Shown here piece after piece: positions 1 to 8,351 of a DNA stretch of 55,662 bases. The translations under genes were made by a program, and so were the position numbers. The stretch is from positions 1 to 55,662 of IMG/VR virus record IMGVR_UViG_3300010150_000023, one strand, 5' to 3'. The stretch comes from a virus (Duplodnaviria; Caudoviricetes). Below the pieces are notes generated by a model, which had not been told where the DNA came from, did no database searches, and worked only from the letters and a program-made list of their open reading frames with translations. Positions within the stretch are counted from its first letter, which is position 1. Every line of letters begins with the position of its first letter.

Positions 1-296
1 GCACCAGCCGAGACATTGGAAGTAGGTAATTGTTTATACACAAAGTACAATGGGCTCTGACCTTTCCCAACCTACGTCGACATCGCTGTTTCCAGCTACC
101 TCTCGCTTCGTTCCTATTGCTAAAGAGTTTTTATGTACTGTGTTTGTGTTTTTCGACTGCCAACATGCAATCTATATCAACTAGTGAGCCCAATTTGTTT
201 GGTGGCTTCCACACTCTGGTGTGTCAATCAATATGTACGTGTGCTTCTATACGAGAGCTTTTTCCACAGCGGTATTTTTAATCTGGCCCGCTAACC
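1..296 (-). ncRNA. Putative structured non-coding RNA directly downstream of the GIY-YIG gene (truncated by window edge)
   Basis: Starts right after the stop at 297, with no minus-strand ORF in the track. About 43% GC by hand count (130/300). Minus-strand hairpins: GCUG-GAAA-CAGC (96-85), UUUA-GCAA-UAGG (124-113), CACAC-CAGA-GUGUG (223-210), AGCGG/CCGCU (292-288/272-268). Long-range complements: 51-57/186-192, 22-27/70-75, 38-49/134-149. Confidence 0.55.
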
Positions 297-746
297 TTAT
301 GTGTTGGAATGTTTTGCCTGTATGTGATGTTCTAGCAATGCCTGTTTTAGCTTGTCTGATCCGCCGACTCTAACATTGATGATACCATTATAGTATTCAT
401 CTGTTTCAAGTACTCGCCTGTCAAACTGCTCTCGTGCCTCTATGTAGGACATTTCGCCCCTACCTTTACATAGGTATAGTATTTCTCTTGTGAATTTGTC
501 TTCGCCTAGTTCAGCAACATCTGCATTTAGTCTATCACTGGATCCCCAGTAATCTCGCCAATCGCTTTCTTTGGTGCCGCGTCTCTTATTTTTCTTGCCT
601 TTTAGTGGTGGCTTAGTAGTTTTAAACTTTGCTAGTTTCTTGCCTATGTATTTTTGATCTGTAGTGGTATTTGTGATAAGATAAACAAAACCTTCGTATT
701 CGTCCGGTATGTTTTCTACCTCTTTGCCTTGATAAGTCCACTTCAT
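297..746 (-). CDS. Compact GIY-YIG family endonuclease (catalytic domain only)
   Basis: GFVYLITN...KYIGKK motif, YWGSS, FTREIL, conserved Glu (YIEAREQ) and YYNG; 149 aa. Confidence 0.85.
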   Translation of the reverse strand: MKWTYQGKEVENIPDEYEGFVYLITNTTTDQKYIGKKLAKFKTTKPPLKGKKNKRRGTKESDWRDYWGSSDRLNADVAELGEDKFTREILYLCKGRGEMSYIEAREQFDRRVLETDEYYNGIINVRVGGSDKLKQALLEHHIQAKHSNT

Positions 747-751
747 AGTGA

Positions 752-757
752 TACTTA
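752..757 (-). promoter_or_regulatory. Variant late-promoter box TAAGTA, 5 nt before the GIY-YIG ATG, inside hairpin 732-758
   Basis: Minus strand reads ATAAGT-AT-CACT-ATGA-AGTG-G-ACTTAT; no Shine-Dalgarno upstream. Confidence 0.4.
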
Positions 758-967
758 TTACTTGCCTTGTTTTTCTGCCTGTTTCTTGGTTTGATACGTT
801 TCGTGTATCTCGTCCATTCTTGTTTTTGCAAGACTTCTAATTTCTCTTAGCCAGCGTCTGCTACTAGCATGAGTTCTGTGTGATTTACGAGACTCATAAG
901 CCTCGTTAGATTTAAAGTACTCCATGTAAGCCTTAGTTAACTTGTCATGTGTATCGTCGTCTATCAT
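758..967 (-). CDS. Small basic helical hypothetical protein
   Basis: 69 aa; ATGA overlap with the gp46 stop. Confidence 0.7.
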   Translation of the reverse strand: MIDDDTHDKLTKAYMEYFKSNEAYESRKSHRTHASSRRWLREIRSLAKTRMDEIHETYQTKKQAEKQGK

Positions 968-2733
968 TCCACTACTTCTACATCATTTTCATAACTTGTA
1001 AAACCGTTCTCTTTAACAACTTTTAGTATTGTGTTTACTCGACCTACAAGTTCGTCTTTGTGACTAATTAAATAAATGTTCTTTTCACGTTCACGTGCCA
1101 TCTTCTTAAGAACACTTAATGAACTTTCTACACCTGCTGTATCCATACCACTATCAATTAACTCGTCTATAAACAATAAGTTAATATTCTGATATAAACT
1201 TTCCCAAACATCTCTAAATGCAAACGACAAACCTAATATAAGTCTATTACGTTCACCTCTTGATAAGTTATCAAAGTCTAAGTCCTGTCCTAGTTGTGTA
1301 ATTTCAACAACCAAGTCGTTTTGGAATACAACTTGATGCGGTAATCCTAATCTATCAAGATAGTATGTAAGCCTGTTGTTTAGATACATTAAATTTTGTT
1401 CGATAATTTTTTTACGTATAAAACTGTCTTTGTTTGTTAATAGTTTTAACATAAAGTCTTGATGTTCTTTGTATGTTGTAAGTTCGTTTACAGGTGTCCA
1501 ATCAATTTCTTGTATTGCACTTTCACTAAGTTCATTAATTTGTGCTTCATACGGATCTTCTTCATTTTTCTTCGACTCATATGCCTGTTTTAAACTATCA
1601 ACATTTTGTCTATGTTCATATGCTTCTTTAGCAGTATCATAAAACACACTAGGCTTACCATTGATATCACCAATGTCATTTAAGCCTTTTGTAACCTCTA
1701 AAAGTTTATCACTTACTTCTTTTTGATATGCAGTTGCATCTTCAAGTTCTTTTTGTTTTTTAGTTTCAATTTCTTTTTTCTTATCTGCATGAAGTTCTTG
1801 ACCACAAGTATAACATTTAGCATCTTCTAAATCTGCAATATCTTTAGTTAACTTATTAACACTTTTATCAGAACGTTGTAGTGCAGGCTCTAATGTACTA
1901 AGCTCTTTTTTAAGGGCTAAAATAGCATTATTATGTTCATTCCAATTAGACAGTTTTTCATGTGATTCTAATTCAGCTTCAATGTCTAAATGTTCTAATT
2001 CGCTGATAGCTTCCTTTAGTTTTACTGTATCAGTAGTGCGTTTTGCAAGCCATGCTTTTTGATTGCTTTGTAAACTTGCAATAGTTGACTCAATTTTACT
2101 ATTAGCAGTTTGTGTTGCTTCAATTCTTAGTGTTTCTTGTGTAATTGCATCTTTAGTATTGCGAACTTGTTCTTTTAAATTGTCCGCTTTTTCACTAAGG
2201 ATAGTAATACCAAGTAATTGTTCAATAATTGCACGTTGATCGTTAACACGCATACTTAAAAACGGCTCAGAATATGTGTTTAATGCAACAATATGCTTAA
2301 ACATATCGTGACTCATACCTAGTAAATCGTTCAAATATTCCTGTGTTTTACGACTATCACCTTGCGATTCGTCATCTATTTGTTCTTCATTATTAATAAA
2401 AAACTTAAAAAATGTCGGAGATCTGCCACGTTCTATTTTATACTGTATATTGTCCTTTTCAAAGTCAAGCGAAACAACCATACCTTTGCTATTAGTCTTA
2501 TTAATAAGGTTGTTACGTTTAATGTTTGTAAGTGCAGTACCATATAATGCATAACTTAGTGCATTAATAATTGTTGTTTTACCAGTACCATTACGTGAAC
2601 CACTATCGTCACCACCTTGATCTAAGTTCTCACCTAGCACAAGTGTAAGTTTTGCTTTATTGAAGTCTACAGCTTGGGTCTGATTGCCCACACTCATAAA
2701 GTTCTTTACGGTTAAATCTTTAATACGTATCAT
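964..2733 (-). CDS. gp46: gp46-like SbcC/Rad50 recombination nuclease ATPase subunit
   Basis: Walker A NGTGKTT, coiled coil with zinc hook CYTC, signature LSRGE, Walker B LLFIDE, H-loop ISH. Confidence 0.95.
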   Translation of the reverse strand: MIRIKDLTVKNFMSVGNQTQAVDFNKAKLTLVLGENLDQGGDDSGSRNGTGKTTIINALSYALYGTALTNIKRNNLINKTNSKGMVVSLDFEKDNIQYKIERGRSPTFFKFFINNEEQIDDESQGDSRKTQEYLNDLLGMSHDMFKHIVALNTYSEPFLSMRVNDQRAIIEQLLGITILSEKADNLKEQVRNTKDAITQETLRIEATQTANSKIESTIASLQSNQKAWLAKRTTDTVKLKEAISELEHLDIEAELESHEKLSNWNEHNNAILALKKELSTLEPALQRSDKSVNKLTKDIADLEDAKCYTCGQELHADKKKEIETKKQKELEDATAYQKEVSDKLLEVTKGLNDIGDINGKPSVFYDTAKEAYEHRQNVDSLKQAYESKKNEEDPYEAQINELSESAIQEIDWTPVNELTTYKEHQDFMLKLLTNKDSFIRKKIIEQNLMYLNNRLTYYLDRLGLPHQVVFQNDLVVEITQLGQDLDFDNLSRGERNRLILGLSFAFRDVWESLYQNINLLFIDELIDSGMDTAGVESSLSVLKKMAREREKNIYLISHKDELVGRVNTILKVVKENGFTSYENDVEVVE

Positions 2734-3740
2734 AAGTCGTTATAAATGTCCATCAGCATTTTCTTGTTAAAATTGTTTGTGTCAATTTCTGCGATTTCTT
2801 TAGATACAATTTCGTCAACTGTTTCAAATTGAGTAATATCTAAATCTGTTGTAATTTCTTCTTCTTGCTTTTGCGGTATTAATGTAATTTCTCTACAACC
2901 GTGTTTTGAGATATAGTTCTCTTTGATAAACTGTGCTTCTTCATAACTTACAGGTAAGTCAAGTGTTACTCGCAAATACATTTTAGGCTTTATTATATCG
3001 CTATCTGGATCTAATAGTTGCGAAAGTTTTACTGTGCGATATTTAGGACAGTTCCACCAGTTAATATATTGCGGTTCTAAATCATTTTCACGATCAAGTA
3101 TCATCATACCACGTTCGTCATCCCATGCATCTGCATAGTTGTGCGGAAACGCATTACCAATGTAATGTATTTTACCCTGTACTTGACGTTTGTGGAAATG
3201 TCCACTAAACACATATTCTTGATGTTTAAAATGTTGCGGTTTTAAGTCACCATGGTCGGGCATTTTTACAAGTGCGTTCATATAAAAACTAGGAAGTTCA
3301 AAGTGACCAAACATATACTTGGATTTTACCTTTTCAATCTTCTTCCATTCTTCGCCGACTAACCACGGAACTAATGTAACATCTTCTTCAGTGTACATTT
3401 CGTCAACTATAGTAATACCTGGAATATGCTTACCAAAAATAGTTGAACTTACGTCACGTTTGTCTTTGTAATATAAGTCGTGGTTACCAACAAACATATA
3501 AAACTTTTCAAATGCCGCACCTAGTTTTTCTAGACTGCGAATAGTTGCATCCATAGTTGTAAGATTTAAACTGTTTCTATTGTGATGCCAATCACCACAG
3601 AAGATACCAGTTTCACAACCGTTTTCTTTTGCTTGCTCTATATACCAATCAACAAACTCTTCACAGTCTAGATTGTGTACTTTACTATTGCCTTTTAAGC
3701 CGAAATGTATATCGGTAAAAACTGCCGCTTTTTTAAACAA
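2730..3740 (-). CDS. gp47: gp47-like SbcD/Mre11 metallophosphoesterase nuclease subunit
   Basis: DIHFG, GDWHH, GNHD and GHFH motifs; TTG start with GGAG SD; adjacent to gp46. Confidence 0.95.
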   Translation of the reverse strand: MFKKAAVFTDIHFGLKGNSKVHNLDCEEFVDWYIEQAKENGCETGIFCGDWHHNRNSLNLTTMDATIRSLEKLGAAFEKFYMFVGNHDLYYKDKRDVSSTIFGKHIPGITIVDEMYTEEDVTLVPWLVGEEWKKIEKVKSKYMFGHFELPSFYMNALVKMPDHGDLKPQHFKHQEYVFSGHFHKRQVQGKIHYIGNAFPHNYADAWDDERGMMILDRENDLEPQYINWWNCPKYRTVKLSQLLDPDSDIIKPKMYLRVTLDLPVSYEEAQFIKENYISKHGCREITLIPQKQEEEITTDLDITQFETVDEIVSKEIAEIDTNNFNKKMLMDIYNDL

Positions 3741-3767
3741 AATGAGATCTCCATATTTGTACTAAAC

Positions 3768-3796
3768 ATAATACTATCTTTTGCACTCAAGGTCAA
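3768..3796 (-). promoter_or_regulatory. Sigma70-type promoter for gp47-gp46
   Basis: TTGACC-17 nt-TATTAT. Confidence 0.6.
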
Positions 3797-4641
3797 CCTT
3801 TTTTGGTTGTCTGAGCCGCATTGATTTTTGCTGTTTCACGCTTCATTGAAGCTTCCCATTCTGCGTTGTGCTGTCTAGTATAACTTGGATTCATGTCATT
3901 CATTTCTAAGATGTCGTCTCTAATGTTTTGGTTACGTTTTTCAAGGTTAATAACTCGTACAAATGAGTTTGTAACGGCGGCTGTATAATAAGCAAATGGA
4001 TTGTTGGACTTTGATTCGTCAAATTGTAGTCCAATCTGTGCTAATTGTAGTATTGCCTGTCCTCGCATTTCGTCATTATACGTATATCCACGTACATTGC
4101 CTCTAGTTGCATATCGTTCACACAATTTAATCCACATACGAGCAAGTTCGTTTGTTGCCTTTGCATGTTTCATACTAAAATAACCATTTTCCATACCGCC
4201 AACCCAATGACTTTTGCCAACTACAACAAGTTCTCCGTCTTCGTTAAACTTATAATGTTGAAAAGGTGGAAAATTTAGTTTTACTTTTGTATCTGCTATT
4301 GTTTTAGGATTCTTTTTACGTCCAGGCTCTTCAGGTATATGGTCAAATGTCATAATTCTAAAAATTAAGTCTTCTTTTTCCATCTTTCTGTAGTCAATTT
4401 CGCACTGTGCTAGTTTAACTTTCTCTCCAGCTAGTTTACGAGCTTCAAAATCTAAGTGTTGCAGTCTTTTTGCCTTGTTTCTTTTTGCTTCTGCAACAGT
4501 ACGGATGTTTACTTTGTCTAAATCAGTTAGTATGATGTCATATTGATTGAATTCGGGCTCCATGAAACTACAAAACTGTGATTTAGACTTGTGAATCTGT
4601 TTTAGCATATCTTTGTTATTAAGATAATTTACTTTTCTCAT
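3793..4641 (-). CDS. gp55: gp55-like sigma factor for late transcription
   Basis: N-terminal NYLNNKD, YTYNDEM and FDESKSNNPFAYYT motifs typical of gp55; T4-like gp55-gp47-gp46 order. Confidence 0.85.
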   Translation of the reverse strand: MRKVNYLNNKDMLKQIHKSKSQFCSFMEPEFNQYDIILTDLDKVNIRTVAEAKRNKAKRLQHLDFEARKLAGEKVKLAQCEIDYRKMEKEDLIFRIMTFDHIPEEPGRKKNPKTIADTKVKLNFPPFQHYKFNEDGELVVVGKSHWVGGMENGYFSMKHAKATNELARMWIKLCERYATRGNVRGYTYNDEMRGQAILQLAQIGLQFDESKSNNPFAYYTAAVTNSFVRVINLEKRNQNIRDDILEMNDMNPSYTRQHNAEWEASMKRETAKINAAQTTKKG

Positions 4642-4664
4642 ATATTTCTCCAGGTTATTACTCT

Positions 4665-4693
4665 ATTATAAACTACATACTTAATTTTGTCAA
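4665..4693 (-). promoter_or_regulatory. Perfect-consensus sigma70 promoter for the gp55-like gene
   Basis: TTGACA (4693-4688), 17 nt, TATAAT (4670-4665). Confidence 0.85.
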
Positions 4694-4694
4694 C

Positions 4695-4700
4695 TAAATA
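4695..4700 (+). promoter_or_regulatory. Late promoter box TAAATA for the structural operon
   Basis: TAAATA, then AGGAG SD and ATG at 4717; same box precedes other structural genes; resembles T4 TATAAATA. Confidence 0.65.
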
Positions 4701-4716
4701 CTTGTAGGAGAGTGAA

Positions 4717-5568
4717 ATGAATTTAAAAAAGATAGTCCAATCCAATGTTAGCAACTTTCAAGAGTCTATTGAAAATACTGTCAAGTCCACTGCAACTAAT
4801 TTTGCAAACTCGGCACTTGAAAACGTATTAGGCGGCGGTGCCGCAGGTATTTTGAAAAGTCTTTTAAAAGGACCTAGCTCAATACCACCAACGGGCTCTG
4901 GCGCACAGGCAACAGACGGTGCCGCAACCAACGACTGGCGTGTACGGTTAAGTATTCCTCCAAGTATGGTTGACGGTAATGAAATGTTTAAACCTCTCGT
5001 TGAGACAAATGGACTAGTATTTCCATATACTCCTACAATATTAGTACAACATACGGCCAATTATGACGCGATGCATCCTACACATAGTAATTATCCGTTC
5101 CCCCAGTATCAGAACAGCCAAATTGAAGATATCGTAATTACAGGTGACTTTTTTGTAGAAAATGCTAAAGATGCGCAGTATTGGGTAGCAATGACACACT
5201 TTTTACGTAGTGTAACAAAAATGGACTACGGTCAAGGTAAGAATGCCGGTGCTCCGCCACCATTAATATTTTTAAACGGGTATGGAGATTTTGTATTTCC
5301 AAATGTTCCAGTAGTTGTTAGAAACTTTACTTTTGATTTGCCAGCAGACGTTGACTATATTAAAACACAAGCAACAGGTGATATAGAAACAGGTCCAACT
5401 ACTAAAGATCCAAAAGGTAAAGCAGGTTGGGTACCAACACAATCTCAAGTATCAATCACAGTTGCTCCTGTTTACTCAAGAGCAAAAACTTCACAGTTTA
5501 ATTTAGACAAATTTGTAAAAGGTCAGTATCTTGGAACTCAAGGTAACAACGGTGGAGGGTTTATTTAA
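4717..5568 (+). CDS. Putative baseplate/tail-tube initiator-like virion protein
   Basis: First gene of the baseplate cluster, upstream of the gp53-like gene; FPYTP and PPP-L-L-GYG pattern as in tube-initiator-type proteins. Confidence 0.55.
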   Translation: MNLKKIVQSNVSNFQESIENTVKSTATNFANSALENVLGGGAAGILKSLLKGPSSIPPTGSGAQATDGAATNDWRVRLSIPPSMVDGNEMFKPLVETNGLVFPYTPTILVQHTANYDAMHPTHSNYPFPQYQNSQIEDIVITGDFFVENAKDAQYWVAMTHFLRSVTKMDYGQGKNAGAPPPLIFLNGYGDFVFPNVPVVVRNFTFDLPADVDYIKTQATGDIETGPTTKDPKGKAGWVPTQSQVSITVAPVYSRAKTSQFNLDKFVKGQYLGTQGNNGGGFI

Positions 5569-5870
5569 TGGCACGTTATAGTGAAATGAGTCCTTGGGGT
5601 AAAACACGAATAGTAAACAAAGACTATTTGAATGTATTAGAAATTAGACCAGTACCTCAGTCAGACGATGATGTATTATATGAAATACAACCACAGTTTA
5701 CACATAGACCAGATTTATTAGCGTATTCTGTATACGGTAGCTCAAAACTATGGTGGGTGTTTGCACAAAGAAACATGGATGTATTAAAAGATCCGGTATA
5801 TGATTTAGTTGCAGGCGCAAAAATTTACTTACCAAGAGCAGACACATTACAAAAGTACTTAGGTTACTAG
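5568..5870 (+). CDS. gp53: gp53-like LysM-type baseplate wedge protein
   Basis: RPDLLAYSVYGSSKLWWVFAQRN motif; 100 aa. Confidence 0.8.
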   Translation: MARYSEMSPWGKTRIVNKDYLNVLEIRPVPQSDDDVLYEIQPQFTHRPDLLAYSVYGSSKLWWVFAQRNMDVLKDPVYDLVAGAKIYLPRADTLQKYLGY

Positions 5871-5873
5871 AGT

Positions 5874-8351
5874 ATGGCAAATACTAGACTAACAAAATCT
5901 GTAATAGATGCACAACTACAAAAGTCTGTAGGCAAAGGACAAGATCTTTTAAGTACAGCCTCTAGTTATGCTTCATTTGGTGTAGATCAGATGAAAGGGT
6001 TAGTAAGTGATGCTAGTTTAAAAGTTATAGACGCGGCTAAGAATGGTGTAACAGATACTCTTACTGGTGCAACAGCAGGTGTTAGTGCCGCTTCGACAGG
6101 TAAAATAACTTTTGATGAAATGTTATCAAACTTGCAAGAGTCACTTAAGAATTTACCAGCATTAGGTAAAACTGAAAATCAACTAAAAAGATATGCAACA
6201 TACAATTATAATATTACACTTGCTTGTTTAACAGTTAACGAAATAAATTTTCCAGATACAACATATAGAATATCTCCTCCGCAAGTAACAGTTTTAAGAT
6301 CAGGTGGTGGCGCTCCTGGAAAAGCAATGACAGCATACGAAAGTAGCGATGCTCAGTTAGAATATTACATTGATAATTTAGTAATGAATAGCGTAATTGC
6401 GCCAACTAGTAAAACACGTACCTCAAATGCTACTGTACAAAGTTTTACTGTACATGAACCTTATAGTATGGGACTGTTCCTACAAACTTTAATGATTGCG
6501 GCAAACAAAGCAGGACATGCAGACTATCTTAAAGCACCGTTTGCATTAATAATTGAGTTTAGAGGATATGACGACAACGGAAATATACTTGATACAGGAT
6601 CAACAACACGACGAGTATTTCCTATTAAAATTGCTAAGATGGATTTTGATGTAAATGGTTCAGGTAGTTCATATAATATTAGATCACATGCTTGGAACGA
6701 AAGTGCATTAACAATGGTTTCTCAGCATACAAAAACTGATACAATTATAACAGGCGATTCAGTACAAGAACTTTTACAAGGTGGTCCTGAAAGTTTAACT
6801 GGTATTATTAATAGACGTAATAGCGAAGCGGCAAAAGCACTTAACACAATTAATAAAGATGAATATTTTATTATGTTTCCGCCACAACTTGTAAGTAGTC
6901 TTGGACTAGGAAACAAAGCAGATACGCCAGGCGAAAATAAAGCGGCTATGAAAGAAATAGAGTTTTATAAAAAACTAACAGGCGGATCCTTTGAGACTTT
7001 ATTAGACTATGAAGAAGATGCCGCTAAAGAAACTATAGAATCATACATTAATTTACAGCCGGGTAATAATAACCTATCAGCAGTTATAAAGCGTATAGCA
7101 GATAATAAAGATGTTGCAAACGATATAGGTAAAGGCACAATAGCACGTTCAATGGCAACGGGTGGTGCTGTACCGTTTGGTAGAGAAGCATTTTCAAATG
7201 ATCCAGACACTGATGTTTTTAATTCAGATCGTGTAACAATATCTAATAGTTTTAGAACATTACAGTTTCCGCAGTCAACAAGTATAGAACAAATAATTGA
7301 AGAAGTAGTTATATTAAGTACCTATGCAAAAGATGCCGCAGTTGAAGTTAAAGCAGACGCAGACGGAATGGTAGATTGGTTTAGAGTACATACTCAAACT
7401 TTTTTAGTACCAGACGAAGATGTAAGATCAAAGACAGGCGAGAATCCAAAAGTATTTGTTTATGCAGTTGTGCCTTACAAAGTACATAGCAGTATCTTTA
7501 GTAATGCAACACAGCCATCAGTTGGAATTCAAAAGAGAGTATCACAAGCGGCAAAAGAATACAATTACATATACACTGGTAAGAATGATGATATTATAGA
7601 TTTTGAAATTAATTTCAATACATCATTCTTTACTGCATTAAGTTCTAACTATAACGGTTCAGGCGATTCTAAAAATGCAACAAAAGATTCTACTAATAAT
7701 CCAGGTAATCCTCACATAGCGGCCAAAGAAGGGTCTGCAGGAAACAATAGCTCTACTGGTAGTAAATCTCTTAAAGAGGATCCTAGTAGTAAAAATACAG
7801 GAACCGGAGGAGGTAATACTTTAGAAACTCCAGAAGTCCAAATTGCTAGATCATTTAATGAAGCTATAGTAAATAATGAGACTGACTTAGTAAGCATGGA
7901 CCTAACAGTATTAGGCGATCCATATTACCTTGCAGACAGCGGTCAAGGAAATTATAGTTCTCCCCCATTAACAAAAGCATATACTGCTGATGGAACAATG
8001 GACTATCAAAGATCTGAAGTAGAAGTAGTTGTAAATTTTAGAACACCTATTGACTATAACCAAACAGACGGATCAATGATATTCCCAGAAGATACTGTAC
8101 CAGTTAAATCATTTAGTGGATTGTATAAAGTGAACACAGTTGAAAATAAATTTGAAGGCGGAAAATTTATACAAGTACTTTCATTAATACGTAGAAATAA
8201 TCAAGAGTCAGATATTGGAATACCTGGTACTCCAGACAATACATCAGCAGTTGAAACAACAGATGAGAAAAAACCTAACGAAACTAAAAATAATCCAGAA
8301 TCAGTTACAGCTGAAACAACTACACCAACTAATACAGGGAATCCGCAGTAA
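5874..8351 (+). CDS. Putative baseplate hub protein (gp27/VgrG-N-like position)
   Basis: Lies between gp53-like and gp5-like genes; C-terminal LTVLGDP...SGLYKVNTVENKFEGGKFIQVL typical of hub proteins. Confidence 0.6.
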   Translation: MANTRLTKSVIDAQLQKSVGKGQDLLSTASSYASFGVDQMKGLVSDASLKVIDAAKNGVTDTLTGATAGVSAASTGKITFDEMLSNLQESLKNLPALGKTENQLKRYATYNYNITLACLTVNEINFPDTTYRISPPQVTVLRSGGGAPGKAMTAYESSDAQLEYYIDNLVMNSVIAPTSKTRTSNATVQSFTVHEPYSMGLFLQTLMIAANKAGHADYLKAPFALIIEFRGYDDNGNILDTGSTTRRVFPIKIAKMDFDVNGSGSSYNIRSHAWNESALTMVSQHTKTDTIITGDSVQELLQGGPESLTGIINRRNSEAAKALNTINKDEYFIMFPPQLVSSLGLGNKADTPGENKAAMKEIEFYKKLTGGSFETLLDYEEDAAKETIESYINLQPGNNNLSAVIKRIADNKDVANDIGKGTIARSMATGGAVPFGREAFSNDPDTDVFNSDRVTISNSFRTLQFPQSTSIEQIIEEVVILSTYAKDAAVEVKADADGMVDWFRVHTQTFLVPDEDVRSKTGENPKVFVYAVVPYKVHSSIFSNATQPSVGIQKRVSQAAKEYNYIYTGKNDDIIDFEINFNTSFFTALSSNYNGSGDSKNATKDSTNNPGNPHIAAKEGSAGNNSSTGSKSLKEDPSSKNTGTGGGNTLETPEVQIARSFNEAIVNNETDLVSMDLTVLGDPYYLADSGQGNYSSPPLTKAYTADGTMDYQRSEVEVVVNFRTPIDYNQTDGSMIFPEDTVPVKSFSGLYKVNTVENKFEGGKFIQVLSLIRRNNQESDIGIPGTPDNTSAVETTDEKKPNETKNNPESVTAETTTPTNTGNPQ

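Noticed and set aside
30-281. 83-aa plus-strand ORF
   Set aside because: TTG start, atypical Cys/Phe/Leu-rich composition and antisense to the local transcription; better explained as chance over a structured non-coding segment.
1-296. Group I intron, RNase P, tmRNA or tRNA identity for the structured region
   Set aside because: GAUAUAG resembles the group I S element, but I found no properly spaced R element/P7-P8 and no interrupted host gene. No RNase P, tmRNA or cloverleaf hallmarks seen. A covariance search is still needed.
758-967. Histone H1-like/Hc1 assignment for the 69-aa protein
   Set aside because: Only a vague resemblance (basic helical hairpin); not supportable without a profile search.
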